From Dehalococcoidia bacterium (lineage in GTDB: Bacteria > Chloroflexota > Dehalococcoidia > SZUA-161 > SpSt-899), in assembly GCA_023271215.1 (NCBI GenBank), contig JALPYG010000001.1, positions 1 to 51,156 of the forward strand: a DNA stretch of 51,156 nt, read 5' to 3'. This document shows positions 39,435 to 48,400 of the stretch, piece after piece. Each line of letters opens with the position of its first letter. Within the stretch, counting starts at the first letter, position 1. The translations under genes and the position numbers were made by a program. The notes under the pieces are model-generated. The model had not been told where the DNA came from, did no database searches, and saw only the letters and a list, made by a program, of their open reading frames with translations.

Positions 39435-39471
39435 GGGGCCGGGGGTTCAACTCCCCCGGCCCCCTTTTTTT
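39435..39471 (+). terminator. strong intrinsic terminator with T-loop-like loop
   Basis: GGGGCCGGGGG-TTCAACT-CCCCCGGCCCC (11-bp perfect stem), then C and T7. Confidence 0.85.
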
Positions 39472-39740
39472 GTCCAAGATAACAAAACAGGCTTTTGTTC
39501 TATTAAGCCGTACTTCTTCTAAGAGTGCGGTCCCTCTCTACGTGCCTTCGTCTCTCCATCTTGCACGAACCTCAGTCCGCCGATGTTTTTGTCAATGAAA
39601 AAGGCGCCAGTCTGACGGTATATTCTCTCTTCCTTCCCAAAAAGCTACCGTAAATTGAAAAGCTGAAGGCCGAGGCTAAACCTGAGTCAATATCTGTGCA
39701 AATTTGCAAACCCGCCAGGTTTTTCCCAAAAACTCACCTA

Positions 39741-39998
39741 TTACCCATCGGTACAACCTTCCAGTGTCTCTAAACGCTTCCCAGCCCAGTCCTCAACCTG
39801 ATTGAGCCGGTGATCACCCAGGGAAAGGATGTGGGTCAACCAGATCGCGCTCGTCCAGCCCAGGCTCATCCCGTGCCAGTTGCCATGCGTAGGAAAGCAT
39901 TGATCCAACGTGGGCTGAACGCCCATCCTTTCCATTTGCGCCAACAAAACAGGAATGTCTTCCACCAGTTCGTCGGTTATGGTAAGATCCTCGTTCAT
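39741..39998 (-). pseudogene. N-terminal fragment of an IS1634/IS4-type transposase (DUF4277-like)
   Basis: The 85 aa DIPVLLAQMERMGVQPTLDQCFPTHGNWHGMSLGWTSAIWLTHILSLGDHRLNQVEDW resemble the N-terminal module of these ~500-aa transposases. The rest is missing. Confidence 0.55.
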
Positions 39999-40299
39999 AA
40001 TACCTACATCTTACCATCATTTCCTATCTTTGTCAGATTTCGAGCGAACCATGGGACGTCTGTCTTAACAGTTCTCTCAATAACCGCTAGAGAAATTAAT
40101 GAATTATACCAAGTCTCATAGATAAGGCATTTTGTGGCCTGTTTATCGCACCAGTCGTTCCTGTTCCTGTAGAATGGACAATCATCACTCGCCGGACACA
40201 GTCTTGAATCCTCCTTTCATTAAATCTCCTTTCCATGATCTTCTCATTTCACTTAATCGCTCTTCGTCTAACGGCTACTCAGCGAAACATGCAAGATTA

Positions 40300-40968
40300 T
40301 TAAACTTCATCAATCCACCTTATCCCTAATCGCTCTAGAGTTGGCTTTACGGACCTTTCACAAATGGTTCCCCAATCCTCGGCTTCTATTCCCCTGCAAC
40401 AAGAAAAGAGGTCTATTTTTAAGGGGATATTTCCATATTTAGATTCAAACGTGATCGCCCCTTCGATTGACCATTCATTCTTAGAATTTGGCAACTCTAT
40501 TATCCTGTCTGCTATCACTGAGAATTCCTCTTCACGATGCCTTATTTCTTTAGCCAATGTCCAAAGGGAAAAATCGATGATAGGATTAAAGAAGATCGTA
40601 ATAGAAAGCTCCCCCAAAGCCTTTAGCTTCCCCTCACTTGTGTGAGGACGAGTTAGGTTACTGGCCCATTCATCACCTTTCTCCCACCTCATAAGTTGTA
40701 GAGGAATATTTTTGTAAAGGAATATACAATCGATACACTTAATATGGACATCATCAAAACCTCTACTATATAGCAATAGAGTGAAAGCCAAAGGGGGAAA
40801 TGAGTGCCCCGAGGGTCCTGTCCGAAGCTCTCCCTTCACCCTTTCAATTGCGATCTTTTCTTGCAAAGCATCTCTTGCCCTTTTCTTAATCTTTTCTATA
40901 GGGATCCCAAATAATGGTTTAATTATTGGTCCCACCATAGGATTGACAAGCAAAGCACCAAGATCCAT
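40300..40968 (-). CDS. orphan hypothetical protein in an AT-rich island
   Basis: 222-aa ORF. Local composition is visibly more AT-rich than the flanks. No motif recognised. Confidence 0.55.
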   Translation of the reverse strand: MDLGALLVNPMVGPIIKPLFGIPIEKIKKRARDALQEKIAIERVKGELRTGPSGHSFPPLAFTLLLYSRGFDDVHIKCIDCIFLYKNIPLQLMRWEKGDEWASNLTRPHTSEGKLKALGELSITIFFNPIIDFSLWTLAKEIRHREEEFSVIADRIIELPNSKNEWSIEGAITFESKYGNIPLKIDLFSCCRGIEAEDWGTICERSVKPTLERLGIRWIDEV

Positions 40969-41382
40969 CTAAACTTTCCTCTCAACCAAGGATATCTTTA
41001 CTTTGGTTCCTCCTTTGTTTCCGTTGCTGTCTCTATCAACAGAATAGAGAAACCCGATTCTTTTATCAAGGTCTTTCAATCCCAACGCCGCCTATGCCTT
41101 GTGGAAATGCCATGATTGACGCTCCTAGGGAAAACCTGATGAACAGACAGGCTGCCCGCAGGTTTACCCTTGACAAGTTGAGGGGTAAACCCCATCCGCT
41201 TGGAAAAGTCTTCGACTTTCCCACAATCATTTGGATAACTGCTCCGCAGTTACCCACATCCCACAAGGTCGATTATTACTGATTCAATAGGTCAAAGAGC
41301 TAAAATCATACAAACTTGGGATAAAGCCGATAATTGAGTACAATGCCGTGCCTAGTTTTCAGCCCGGCCACACATTTTTGCC

Positions 41383-41748
41383 TCAACAAGGATGGAAATC
41401 ATCTGGCCCATCCTTAATCACAGCATACTTGAGTCCAGGCCCTCTGCTCCGAATCGTGTGGCACATCCCTATCGGTACATGAATGACGGTAGCCCTATTC
41501 AAGGATTCAATCACTTGGACATTATTCTCCGACCCTTGGCGAGTCACAAAATCAAACTCGGCGTCGCAGACGATCGTCCACTCGTTGGTCGTAAGGGGGT
41601 TGTGAATAGGAAAACCATGGTAGGGTGCTAACTGGTGCATTTGATAATACTTACCCCTTTTAGTCTGCAACTCCCGCATCAGGAGAGACACAGCCTCTTC
41701 AAGTGAATGACAGTTCTCGAACTCTCGGATCGTATGCCACGCCTTCAT
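41383..41748 (-). CDS. hypothetical protein (possibly small beta-barrel/cupin-like)
   Basis: Internal ATG 41748 follows GGAGGCAAAGAGTT. The longer 41805 start overlaps the upstream gene. Confidence 0.45.
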   Translation of the reverse strand: MKAWHTIREFENCHSLEEAVSLLMRELQTKRGKYYQMHQLAPYHGFPIHNPLTTNEWTIVCDAEFDFVTRQGSENNVQVIESLNRATVIHVPIGMCHTIRSRGPGLKYAVIKDGPDDFHPC

Positions 41749-41776
41749 AACTCTTTGCCTCCATGTCCACCTCCGT

Positions 41777-42151
41777 TTATGGGAAGAAAGTGTCAGCGGG
41801 ATCATACGGAGGTGAGTTTATGGCCAATAGCTGGAGTGTCGTCCGGCCAGAGTTCTTAATCGTATGGACACATCCTGGTGGAATGAGTACAGCATAACCC
41901 TGAGAGACGCTGTAGGCATTTTCCCCGATGGTAACTTCGCCTTGGCCTTCGAGAATGAAGTAGATCTCTTCAGTCTGCCGGTGCAAGTGAAGTTGCGCTG
42001 CCCGGCCTTCGTCTATGTTCACTTGTGCAAGATTTAGCCTTTGAGCATCCGTATTCTTCCTATCGATGAGCTCCCACACAAGGCCGCAATACCCTTGTAT
42101 CGCGGCTATCTCCTTTGCAGCAACAACTTTGGGCTTAGGCCCAGTGGCCAC
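41777..42151 (-). CDS. cupin-domain protein
   Basis: GTG 42151 follows GAGAGGAGGGG just after the pyrE stop. HLHRQTEEIYFILEGQGEVTIGENAYSVSQGYAVLIPPGCVHTIKNSG shows cupin motifs 1 and 2. Confidence 0.7.
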   Translation of the reverse strand: MATGPKPKVVAAKEIAAIQGYCGLVWELIDRKNTDAQRLNLAQVNIDEGRAAQLHLHRQTEEIYFILEGQGEVTIGENAYSVSQGYAVLIPPGCVHTIKNSGRTTLQLLAINSPPYDPADTFFP

Positions 42152-42168
42152 TCGGTATACCCCTCCTC

Positions 42169-42795
42169 TCAGGTTTGGGCACTCTCCAAATAGTCCATAG
42201 TTTTGCCATATTGTTCTTGGCTGATCTTTCCTGAATCGACATAGAACTTGAGCACTTCCTTCAGCTTGAAAGCAGTATGGCAACCATAACCACGTTTCTT
42301 GAGTTCTTCAACGCCACCTTGTTCTCGATCCATAAGAACCGCTACATCACCTACCTTGAGACCATTCTCTTCAAGAACAGCAATCGCTTCTAGTTTGCTA
42401 TCTGCCTGCGTAATTAGGTCATCAATCAAGAGGGCAACCTGTCCTTTCTTGAAAGCTCCATCAACTGGGCGTTTCATACCATGGCCCTTCTCTTCCCTTC
42501 GCGGTGAAATCATGGGGACTCTTGTCAAATGAGACAGGACAGCCACAATTGGTGTTGCTGCTGTCGGGATATCAGCGTAGACATCGAACTTAAGTCCTTC
42601 GGTTAGCTCCTCACAAACCTCGACCGCAGAATCCATGACGTCAGGAAACGACCTCAGTAATCGCAAGTCAATGTAAATGGGAGACAACGGAGCGTCCGGC
42701 TTTTTCTCGTGCAATTTCAGCTTGAACGCCCCGAACTTGATGGCACCTATATCAAACAGTTGTAGTGCAAGCTTTTTCTTTCTATCTGTTAGCAC
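42169..42795 (-). CDS. pyrE: orotate phosphoribosyltransferase (UMP-synthase-like type)
   Basis: IGAIKFGAFKLKLHEKKPDAPLSPIYIDLR, a PRPP loop VALLIDDLITQADS, LMDREQGG, and a C-terminal helix colinear with the OPRT half of eukaryotic UMPS. Confidence 0.85.
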   Translation of the reverse strand: MLTDRKKKLALQLFDIGAIKFGAFKLKLHEKKPDAPLSPIYIDLRLLRSFPDVMDSAVEVCEELTEGLKFDVYADIPTAATPIVAVLSHLTRVPMISPRREEKGHGMKRPVDGAFKKGQVALLIDDLITQADSKLEAIAVLEENGLKVGDVAVLMDREQGGVEELKKRGYGCHTAFKLKEVLKFYVDSGKISQEQYGKTMDYLESAQT

Positions 42796-42832
42796 TTTGC
42801 AGCCCCCTTCCGTTAGAATTTGATGTCAGAAC

Positions 42833-43582
42833 TCACGGTTTCGCCAATGCTGCTGCAATTTCTTCTGCAACCCGTCTGGCCGCATCCACAGGCGTGCCGA
42901 TTTGAGCTGGTGGCTTAGTTATGGGTCGCCCAATAACCACGTATGAAGCTCCATTTTTGATTGCCTCGCCCGGCGTCATTATTCTCTTTTGGTCTTGGGT
43001 AGCAGCCCAGGAAGGTCGGACGCCGGGCGTTACAATCAAGATTTGCCTTGAAGCATGACTGCGGATAGCTATGATTTCCTGAGGTGAGGCGATTACGCCA
43101 TCCAGCCCTGCCTTTTCAGCGAGCTTAGTCAAGTGAACAACTTGCGACTCGATGTCCCCAGGAATCTGCAACTGCTCCTTCATAGTTGCTTGGTCAATAC
43201 TGGTAAGGATAGTAACGCCAAGAACCAATGGCCGCTCTACCTGCAATTTACGCGCTTCTTCCGTAGCTGCTTCGAGAGCAAGTTTCATCATTTCAACTCC
43301 ACCCATTGCGTGAACATTAAACATTCGTACTGCTAACCTTGTCACGCCTCTTGATGCCCCAGCAACCGTGTTGGGAATATCATTAAACTTTCCGTCGTAG
43401 AAAACTTTCCCCCCCAGCTCAGCTACCTTTTGCACTATCCCGACACCTTCCCATGTGAGCAATTCCAGGCCTATTTTGAAGAGACCAACGTGCCCCTTCA
43501 GTGTTCGAACCAGTTCTAGCGCCTCCAGTTCAGTTGGCACATCCAGCGCCACAATAATCCGCTCATGAGTTGAGTCCAGCAT
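42833..43582 (-). CDS. pyrF: orotidine 5'-phosphate decarboxylase
   Basis: Motifs IIVALDV, LFKIGLEL, DGKFNDIPNTV, NVHAMGG, VTPGVRP and YVVIGRPI. AAGGAGG SD. Confidence 0.9.
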   Translation of the reverse strand: MLDSTHERIIVALDVPTELEALELVRTLKGHVGLFKIGLELLTWEGVGIVQKVAELGGKVFYDGKFNDIPNTVAGASRGVTRLAVRMFNVHAMGGVEMMKLALEAATEEARKLQVERPLVLGVTILTSIDQATMKEQLQIPGDIESQVVHLTKLAEKAGLDGVIASPQEIIAIRSHASRQILIVTPGVRPSWAATQDQKRIMTPGEAIKNGASYVVIGRPITKPPAQIGTPVDAARRVAEEIAAALAKP

Positions 43583-43604
43583 ACCAAGGCCTCCTTCTAA
43601 TCTT

Positions 43605-46600
43605 TCAGTGAGGCTGAATTTTGCGCCAACGCGCTGCGACGCTCTTTTTCTGACTCAAGTCGTCGACATCCTGGGGATCTATGCTCTTTTTGACAGGAAG
43701 CTCCTGACGCGCCAGGGCAATAGTATTCAAATAGAGCTCCGTGAGTACCAAATCTATTACCTCGTTTGGGATACCCTGGGCCCCCACAAAGTTAATAGGG
43801 AATCCATCTCCAAGAAGTAGAATCTTCTTGTCTTGTTGCATCAGTACATATTCAGTACCCACGACCTCTTTATCTACGGCTTTCGATACAGACCGCTTCG
43901 ATAGAGTCTTCAGAATATCAGGGCTAATTTCCTCTTGGTCTGATGAGACACTGACCAGCACGCTATCGGCCTGCAAGCGCCGTATCTCATCCGCGTGGAT
44001 TGAGGTGTTCCCAGTAGCACCAAGTATTAGCCAGCATTTCTCTGCTAATCTGGAAAGGCTCTCCTCATCTATGCAACCAGCAATTCGAGCCGCGGCTAGT
44101 CTCTGAGGGTCTCTATCATAGACGTGAACAACCATTGGAATCTTCCTCAGTTTCTCTGCAAGAGGGCGTCCTATGTTTCCGTAACCGATCACACCGGCGT
44201 GTTGACCGCAGAAGTTTTTGTTCGGTAGCATTCGCCTGATGTTCTGAATGGCAGCGTCAGCGACATGCGGCGATTCCATCTCCCTTTTGATGGTGCTCTC
44301 CGCGACATCCCGATAGGGGATCCGCATATGCATATTCATCTCCGCCAGCCGAGTCCTCACCCTTTCAACCCCCTTGGTGGTCTGTTCTACTACACCCCTG
44401 AATAGTTTAATGTCACCGAGATACTGTTTGTGTATAAGAGGGGTAAGATAGCCGCCATCCTCAACGATTATGATTTGCTTCTTCTCAGTTTTCTTGGCGG
44501 TCGAAACTACAAGGTCTAGCGCTTGCTCCACCTGATTCAGCGGGGAAAGCGCGTACCCCAGCCCCTTGAGCTGTCTTTCTACCTCTATGCCGTGCTTGTA
44601 TGGATACAACTTATAAATCAGGTGTACATTGTGCGGGCCGACCTGCACTCTCTTCATCGCCAATAGAAAGCCGTATAGGTCTTCCACAAGGTGCAGAATG
44701 AAAAGAAATCGAAAGTTGGAAAGGTCGGTACCCAATCGCTTCTCTTCTTTGGAATACTCGTCCAGAAGTTGCAAAGTCTCCATTGGTGCCAACTGATCAA
44801 GCGTGTTGGCGGCACCTGCCCCTTTGCTTGGGAGCGAGGACGCCTCGCCTCTGCCCACGTCCCATTGAACTTCCAGTACTCTTTCTTGAACAGTGGCTTT
44901 CGCGGCTACGTATTCTTCGCAAGTATAGGCCAGCTCTTGTGCAGTTTTCGCTAGCTCCTCTGCAATGTAGAGGCCACCCGGGCCAACCCCCGCCGCCCTG
45001 GTCAAGAACTGCTGCTTTTGTTCCAGTTCTTGCCGGCGCATCGGGCCAGCCTGGCGATGCCTACCCAGGCACATGCTGATGTGCAGTGGAAGCACAGTGG
45101 TAGGTTGAACTCGTTCGCTTGTCTCTTGCAGCACACGAATCGCAGCGGTGAAACCTTTTTTTGAATCATCAAAGACTACCAGCTTCCCGTTGCCTTCCTC
45201 CACACAAACTTTACCTCCAGATTCCTCGATAGTAGCTGGGAGTTCGTCAGTGCAATACTTGCTTACCCTATGTATCTCAAGGGGGGACAGAGAAGGGAAA
45301 CTGGCACGCAATTCATCCGTGCGGATATACATGAATACAGAGCCTTCAATTTGGGCCCATGGCTCGGCAAGATTGTTCAGATTTACAACCCTTAATGGGT
45401 CGACCTCCAAAGTTGATTCGGGTGCGGGCAATTCGCTCTTAAAAACTCGGCATATATCCTCGTAAAGCCTGCCGAGAGGGGCTAGTAACGAGCGCAAGAA
45501 AGCAAAACTCAGAGATTCGTCACTGATCGAAAAGGGTGCTAGCAATTCCTCTGATGTTACCAGACCCGCGGATGCTTCTCTTACTCTAGCGAGATAATAG
45601 TCTAGTTTATTCTTCTTTTCATGTTCGTCTCGTCTATCAGAAATATTGAATTCCTCAACCCTGGAGAATATATATTTGGTCATCGTGGTGACGGCTTTCA
45701 TTAATTGGCCCAGGCGCTTCAGGAACAGTAGTCGGGGGGATAGACTGTCTTGTGGAGCTATGCGGCTTAACATCCTGCTCCCAAGCTTCAACAGCACGAT
45801 GTCGTCCTGGTCCTTTATCATCTGATCCAGTTCTCTTCTCGTATCTGCGACCCTCTCATATCGTGTTACTTTGCCAACAATCTCGCCAGTGTCGCCGATA
45901 GCCTGTAAGACCATCACTTCGGCCCAGGTTATTGTCTTATCGAAGCCTTCTGCCTTGCGACCATTAAACCTCCTGTTGCAGAGGTCAAGAAAACGCCGGA
46001 ACGCGCGTTCCCACAACACAAGATTATGATGAGCATATTTGTAAGTGCTTTCTTCGTCAAAACAGGCCGACAGAGTTAATAGATTGTCCACAGCAGGTCG
46101 CTTTGCCCCAGCCTCCAATCTGTTAAAAATCGCCGAATAAACCTGCAAGTATCCGTCAATATTTGCAAGCTCATTTTCATCATAGTAGTCAGAAACCACT
46201 TTCTGCCAGCCTTTGCTGGGTATCCAACGTTCTCGGCGTCGGCCTGCGGGCGGTTTCGACTTTATGAATGCTTCTCCATCGCCGACCAGTTCATACAGAT
46301 TTCCACCACGTTCTATGGCGCTCGTGGAACTGGGAATCCGCGGCAATGGCCCGAATGGGCCAGCAGATGCCTCCCAAGAGGCCCATTCTCGCCTTTCCGA
46401 CTTTTTCAGCCAATCAAGGATTAGGCAAGCCATTACCTTGCAGGCCAGGAATGGCTCGACTCCGTCCTTTTGTGTTGGGCAATACTTCATCAACCGGTCT
46501 AGGAGAAAAGACACGAGGAATTTGTCTCGCCTAAAACGATCTATGGCTGGATCCAGTGCTCTGGAGTCTTCGTGGCCCACCTGCTCCGGGGGGGTTCCTG

Positions 46601-48218
46601 GTGCTGGTTCCCCTGGGCCGTAAGCCCTTCTAAACTTAAATATCCTGTCACTTAGTCTGGTCTTCAGGTTAACAGGCACGATTAGAGTCCTGTCTAGCCC
46701 CAAATCTAATGCAAAGCTAACTTCCCATGGCATGAGATCCCCTTCTACTCGTTGGCAGATCTCTGAGAATGTCAGCCCTTGCTTCTCCCGCTCGTGCTCT
46801 TGCACAAGCAGGTTTGTGACTGGCAGAATGTGCCGCACCGCTTCCAACTGCCTGCTTGCTATTAGATCTTGGGAAAAGAATGAATCAAGTGTTTTGTCCT
46901 GCTTATCAAACATTCTGCGCTGATGTGCAATGCTCGGATGCAGCTTCACAACCTTACTTAAGTATTGTATTATGCACTCGGCAAGCGTCTTGCCCAACTC
47001 AGGCCCGTAGGAATATTCCAAATCCTCGCGGTTAATGAACGGGTCGACGAGCGATACTTGGAATACGCTGCCTTTACTATTCATACGGCTTAGTAGCTGT
47101 TCCAGCATCATTTGGCTAAGATTTAGCGAGAGGTCTCTATAGCAGGCTTGGGCTTTTTGCTCTTCTGAAAGCAGGTCATACTTAAGTCCCATCTCTCTCA
47201 AATTGATTGGAAGGTGGCTATCTCGCTCATCATTATCGAAATAAGTGTCAATACTAAATGTGGCTTCTGGCATGGTCAAACCTAAGACTCCGAAGCTATC
47301 GGTTCCTAAGTCGTAATAGAACCTGAACTTGATCACGCCATCCTCAAAGTTAAGCACAATAGGAAGATCAGCCATCTCGGTATCCAGCGCGACAAAGTTC
47401 GGGCAATCGAGTGTAATGGTGACGATTCCGTTCTCTTCTGCAATAGACGGAACAACGAAAACAGTTCCTAGCTCGGCTAGGAATTCAAGGAATTCTTTTA
47501 GCCCCCTGGGTTTCTTCTTGCCACTAAAGGCAAGGAATATGGTGAAATGATCTGTATCCTGAGTCCGCCCTCTCAACAACAGATGTTCAGTGAGTTCTGC
47601 ACAGGCCTTAGTAAAGTCATGACCAGCTAGACTCATCCATATTCGAGCCGTCTGATCCTGAGGCACTGGCTTTACAGGAATAAACGACTGGCGGTCGACA
47701 AATGCGAAGGTGCGAACTGTAGCCCCCCGGTCTTCAAGATATTTTCGTTTTTCATAAAGTTTATGTCCATGCTGCTTAGAATCATCCACCAGCGCAATAT
47801 ATTTGCCGCTTATCTCCACATCGGGCATTAGTTCAAGCGCCTGGAAGTTGCAGACAATACCCTCATGACCTGATAGTGAGTGTACCAACTCGGCAAACCA
47901 TAATTGGCCTCTACGTTCCAACGAAGCTAGAATATCGGGCTTGGTTTCACATATCTCCTGTGCATACTCGCGGGAAGCCGGTCCGTATTTTGCCTCCCAG
48001 GCCGACCTTCTGTTCGCCATTGAACCGGCAACTGATACCCTAGCTAGTTGTGAGGCGTTCTGAGCTAGCCACTTGTCAATAGCGTCCTTTGAGAACCGCC
48101 ATTGGTTGCCGATCTTAGTTGCCTTTATCTCAGCCCTTTGAATCATTCGATAAACGGTCATATGCGATAAGCGAAGATACCATGCCACCTCATCTAGAGT
48201 AAGTAAGCGATCCTCCAT
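43605..48218 (-). CDS. 1537-aa multidomain protein: excisionase/MerR-type HTH, PRTase-like domain, long helical middle with a degenerate nucleotide-cyclase-like segment, C-terminal AdoHcy-hydrolase-like NAD domain
   Basis: N-terminal HTH LTLDEVAWYLRLSHMTVYRMIQRAEIKATKIGNQWRF. PRTase-like GKYIALVDDSKQHGHKL. C-terminal IIVEDGGYLTPLIH, GVVEQTTKGVERV and GVIGYGNIGRPLAEKL are colinear with SAHH DDGGD, EETTTGV and GYGDVGKG. Confidence 0.85.
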   Translation of the reverse strand: MEDRLLTLDEVAWYLRLSHMTVYRMIQRAEIKATKIGNQWRFSKDAIDKWLAQNASQLARVSVAGSMANRRSAWEAKYGPASREYAQEICETKPDILASLERRGQLWFAELVHSLSGHEGIVCNFQALELMPDVEISGKYIALVDDSKQHGHKLYEKRKYLEDRGATVRTFAFVDRQSFIPVKPVPQDQTARIWMSLAGHDFTKACAELTEHLLLRGRTQDTDHFTIFLAFSGKKKPRGLKEFLEFLAELGTVFVVPSIAEENGIVTITLDCPNFVALDTEMADLPIVLNFEDGVIKFRFYYDLGTDSFGVLGLTMPEATFSIDTYFDNDERDSHLPINLREMGLKYDLLSEEQKAQACYRDLSLNLSQMMLEQLLSRMNSKGSVFQVSLVDPFINREDLEYSYGPELGKTLAECIIQYLSKVVKLHPSIAHQRRMFDKQDKTLDSFFSQDLIASRQLEAVRHILPVTNLLVQEHEREKQGLTFSEICQRVEGDLMPWEVSFALDLGLDRTLIVPVNLKTRLSDRIFKFRRAYGPGEPAPGTPPEQVGHEDSRALDPAIDRFRRDKFLVSFLLDRLMKYCPTQKDGVEPFLACKVMACLILDWLKKSERREWASWEASAGPFGPLPRIPSSTSAIERGGNLYELVGDGEAFIKSKPPAGRRRERWIPSKGWQKVVSDYYDENELANIDGYLQVYSAIFNRLEAGAKRPAVDNLLTLSACFDEESTYKYAHHNLVLWERAFRRFLDLCNRRFNGRKAEGFDKTITWAEVMVLQAIGDTGEIVGKVTRYERVADTRRELDQMIKDQDDIVLLKLGSRMLSRIAPQDSLSPRLLFLKRLGQLMKAVTTMTKYIFSRVEEFNISDRRDEHEKKNKLDYYLARVREASAGLVTSEELLAPFSISDESLSFAFLRSLLAPLGRLYEDICRVFKSELPAPESTLEVDPLRVVNLNNLAEPWAQIEGSVFMYIRTDELRASFPSLSPLEIHRVSKYCTDELPATIEESGGKVCVEEGNGKLVVFDDSKKGFTAAIRVLQETSERVQPTTVLPLHISMCLGRHRQAGPMRRQELEQKQQFLTRAAGVGPGGLYIAEELAKTAQELAYTCEEYVAAKATVQERVLEVQWDVGRGEASSLPSKGAGAANTLDQLAPMETLQLLDEYSKEEKRLGTDLSNFRFLFILHLVEDLYGFLLAMKRVQVGPHNVHLIYKLYPYKHGIEVERQLKGLGYALSPLNQVEQALDLVVSTAKKTEKKQIIIVEDGGYLTPLIHKQYLGDIKLFRGVVEQTTKGVERVRTRLAEMNMHMRIPYRDVAESTIKREMESPHVADAAIQNIRRMLPNKNFCGQHAGVIGYGNIGRPLAEKLRKIPMVVHVYDRDPQRLAAARIAGCIDEESLSRLAEKCWLILGATGNTSIHADEIRRLQADSVLVSVSSDQEEISPDILKTLSKRSVSKAVDKEVVGTEYVLMQQDKKILLLGDGFPINFVGAQGIPNEVIDLVLTELYLNTIALARQELPVKKSIDPQDVDDLSQKKSVAARWRKIQPH

Positions 48219-48242
48219 GTTTTCCTCCTGACACTGTTGTTA

Positions 48243-48271
48243 ATTATAGTTAATCATTGACAAGAAGTCAA
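48243..48271 (-). promoter_or_regulatory. near-consensus sigma70 promoter of the giant gene with overlapping palindrome
   Basis: On the minus strand: TTGACT (48271-48266), a 17-nt spacer, then TATAAT (48248-48243), about 25 nt upstream of ATG 48218. The inverted repeat TTGAC-AAGAA-GTCAA overlaps the -35. Confidence 0.65.
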
Positions 48272-48370
48272 GTCTCTCTTTTGCGTCTTTATGGCATCGA
48301 TCAGATAGGGGATTAGCAATAGGCTATTTCTTCAACCTGACCCGGACGAGCCGGAACCAAAAAGTTTTCC

Positions 48371-48400
48371 ATTTTGGGCAAGACTTCAGATTTTGGGGCC
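48371..48400 (-). promoter_or_regulatory. copy of the element's class B box outside the element
   Basis: The minus strand reads GGCCCCAAAATCTGAAGTCTTGCCCAAAATGG. CCCAAAATCTGAA is a 13-nt exact match to 36184-36196, and TGCCCAAAAT is a second half-copy. Confidence 0.5.

Noticed and set aside
39435-39502. Phage attachment site at a tRNA 3' end
   Set aside because: No tRNA gene is present on either side. The sequence is a perfect 11-bp hairpin plus T7 and is best read as the terminator of the last element gene. The true junction cannot be fixed without the left end.
42152-42283. Long version of the cupin ORF starting at 42283, overlapping pyrE by 115 nt
   Set aside because: A GTG start at 42151 with a GGAGG SD lies directly after the pyrE stop, and it retains the whole cupin fold.
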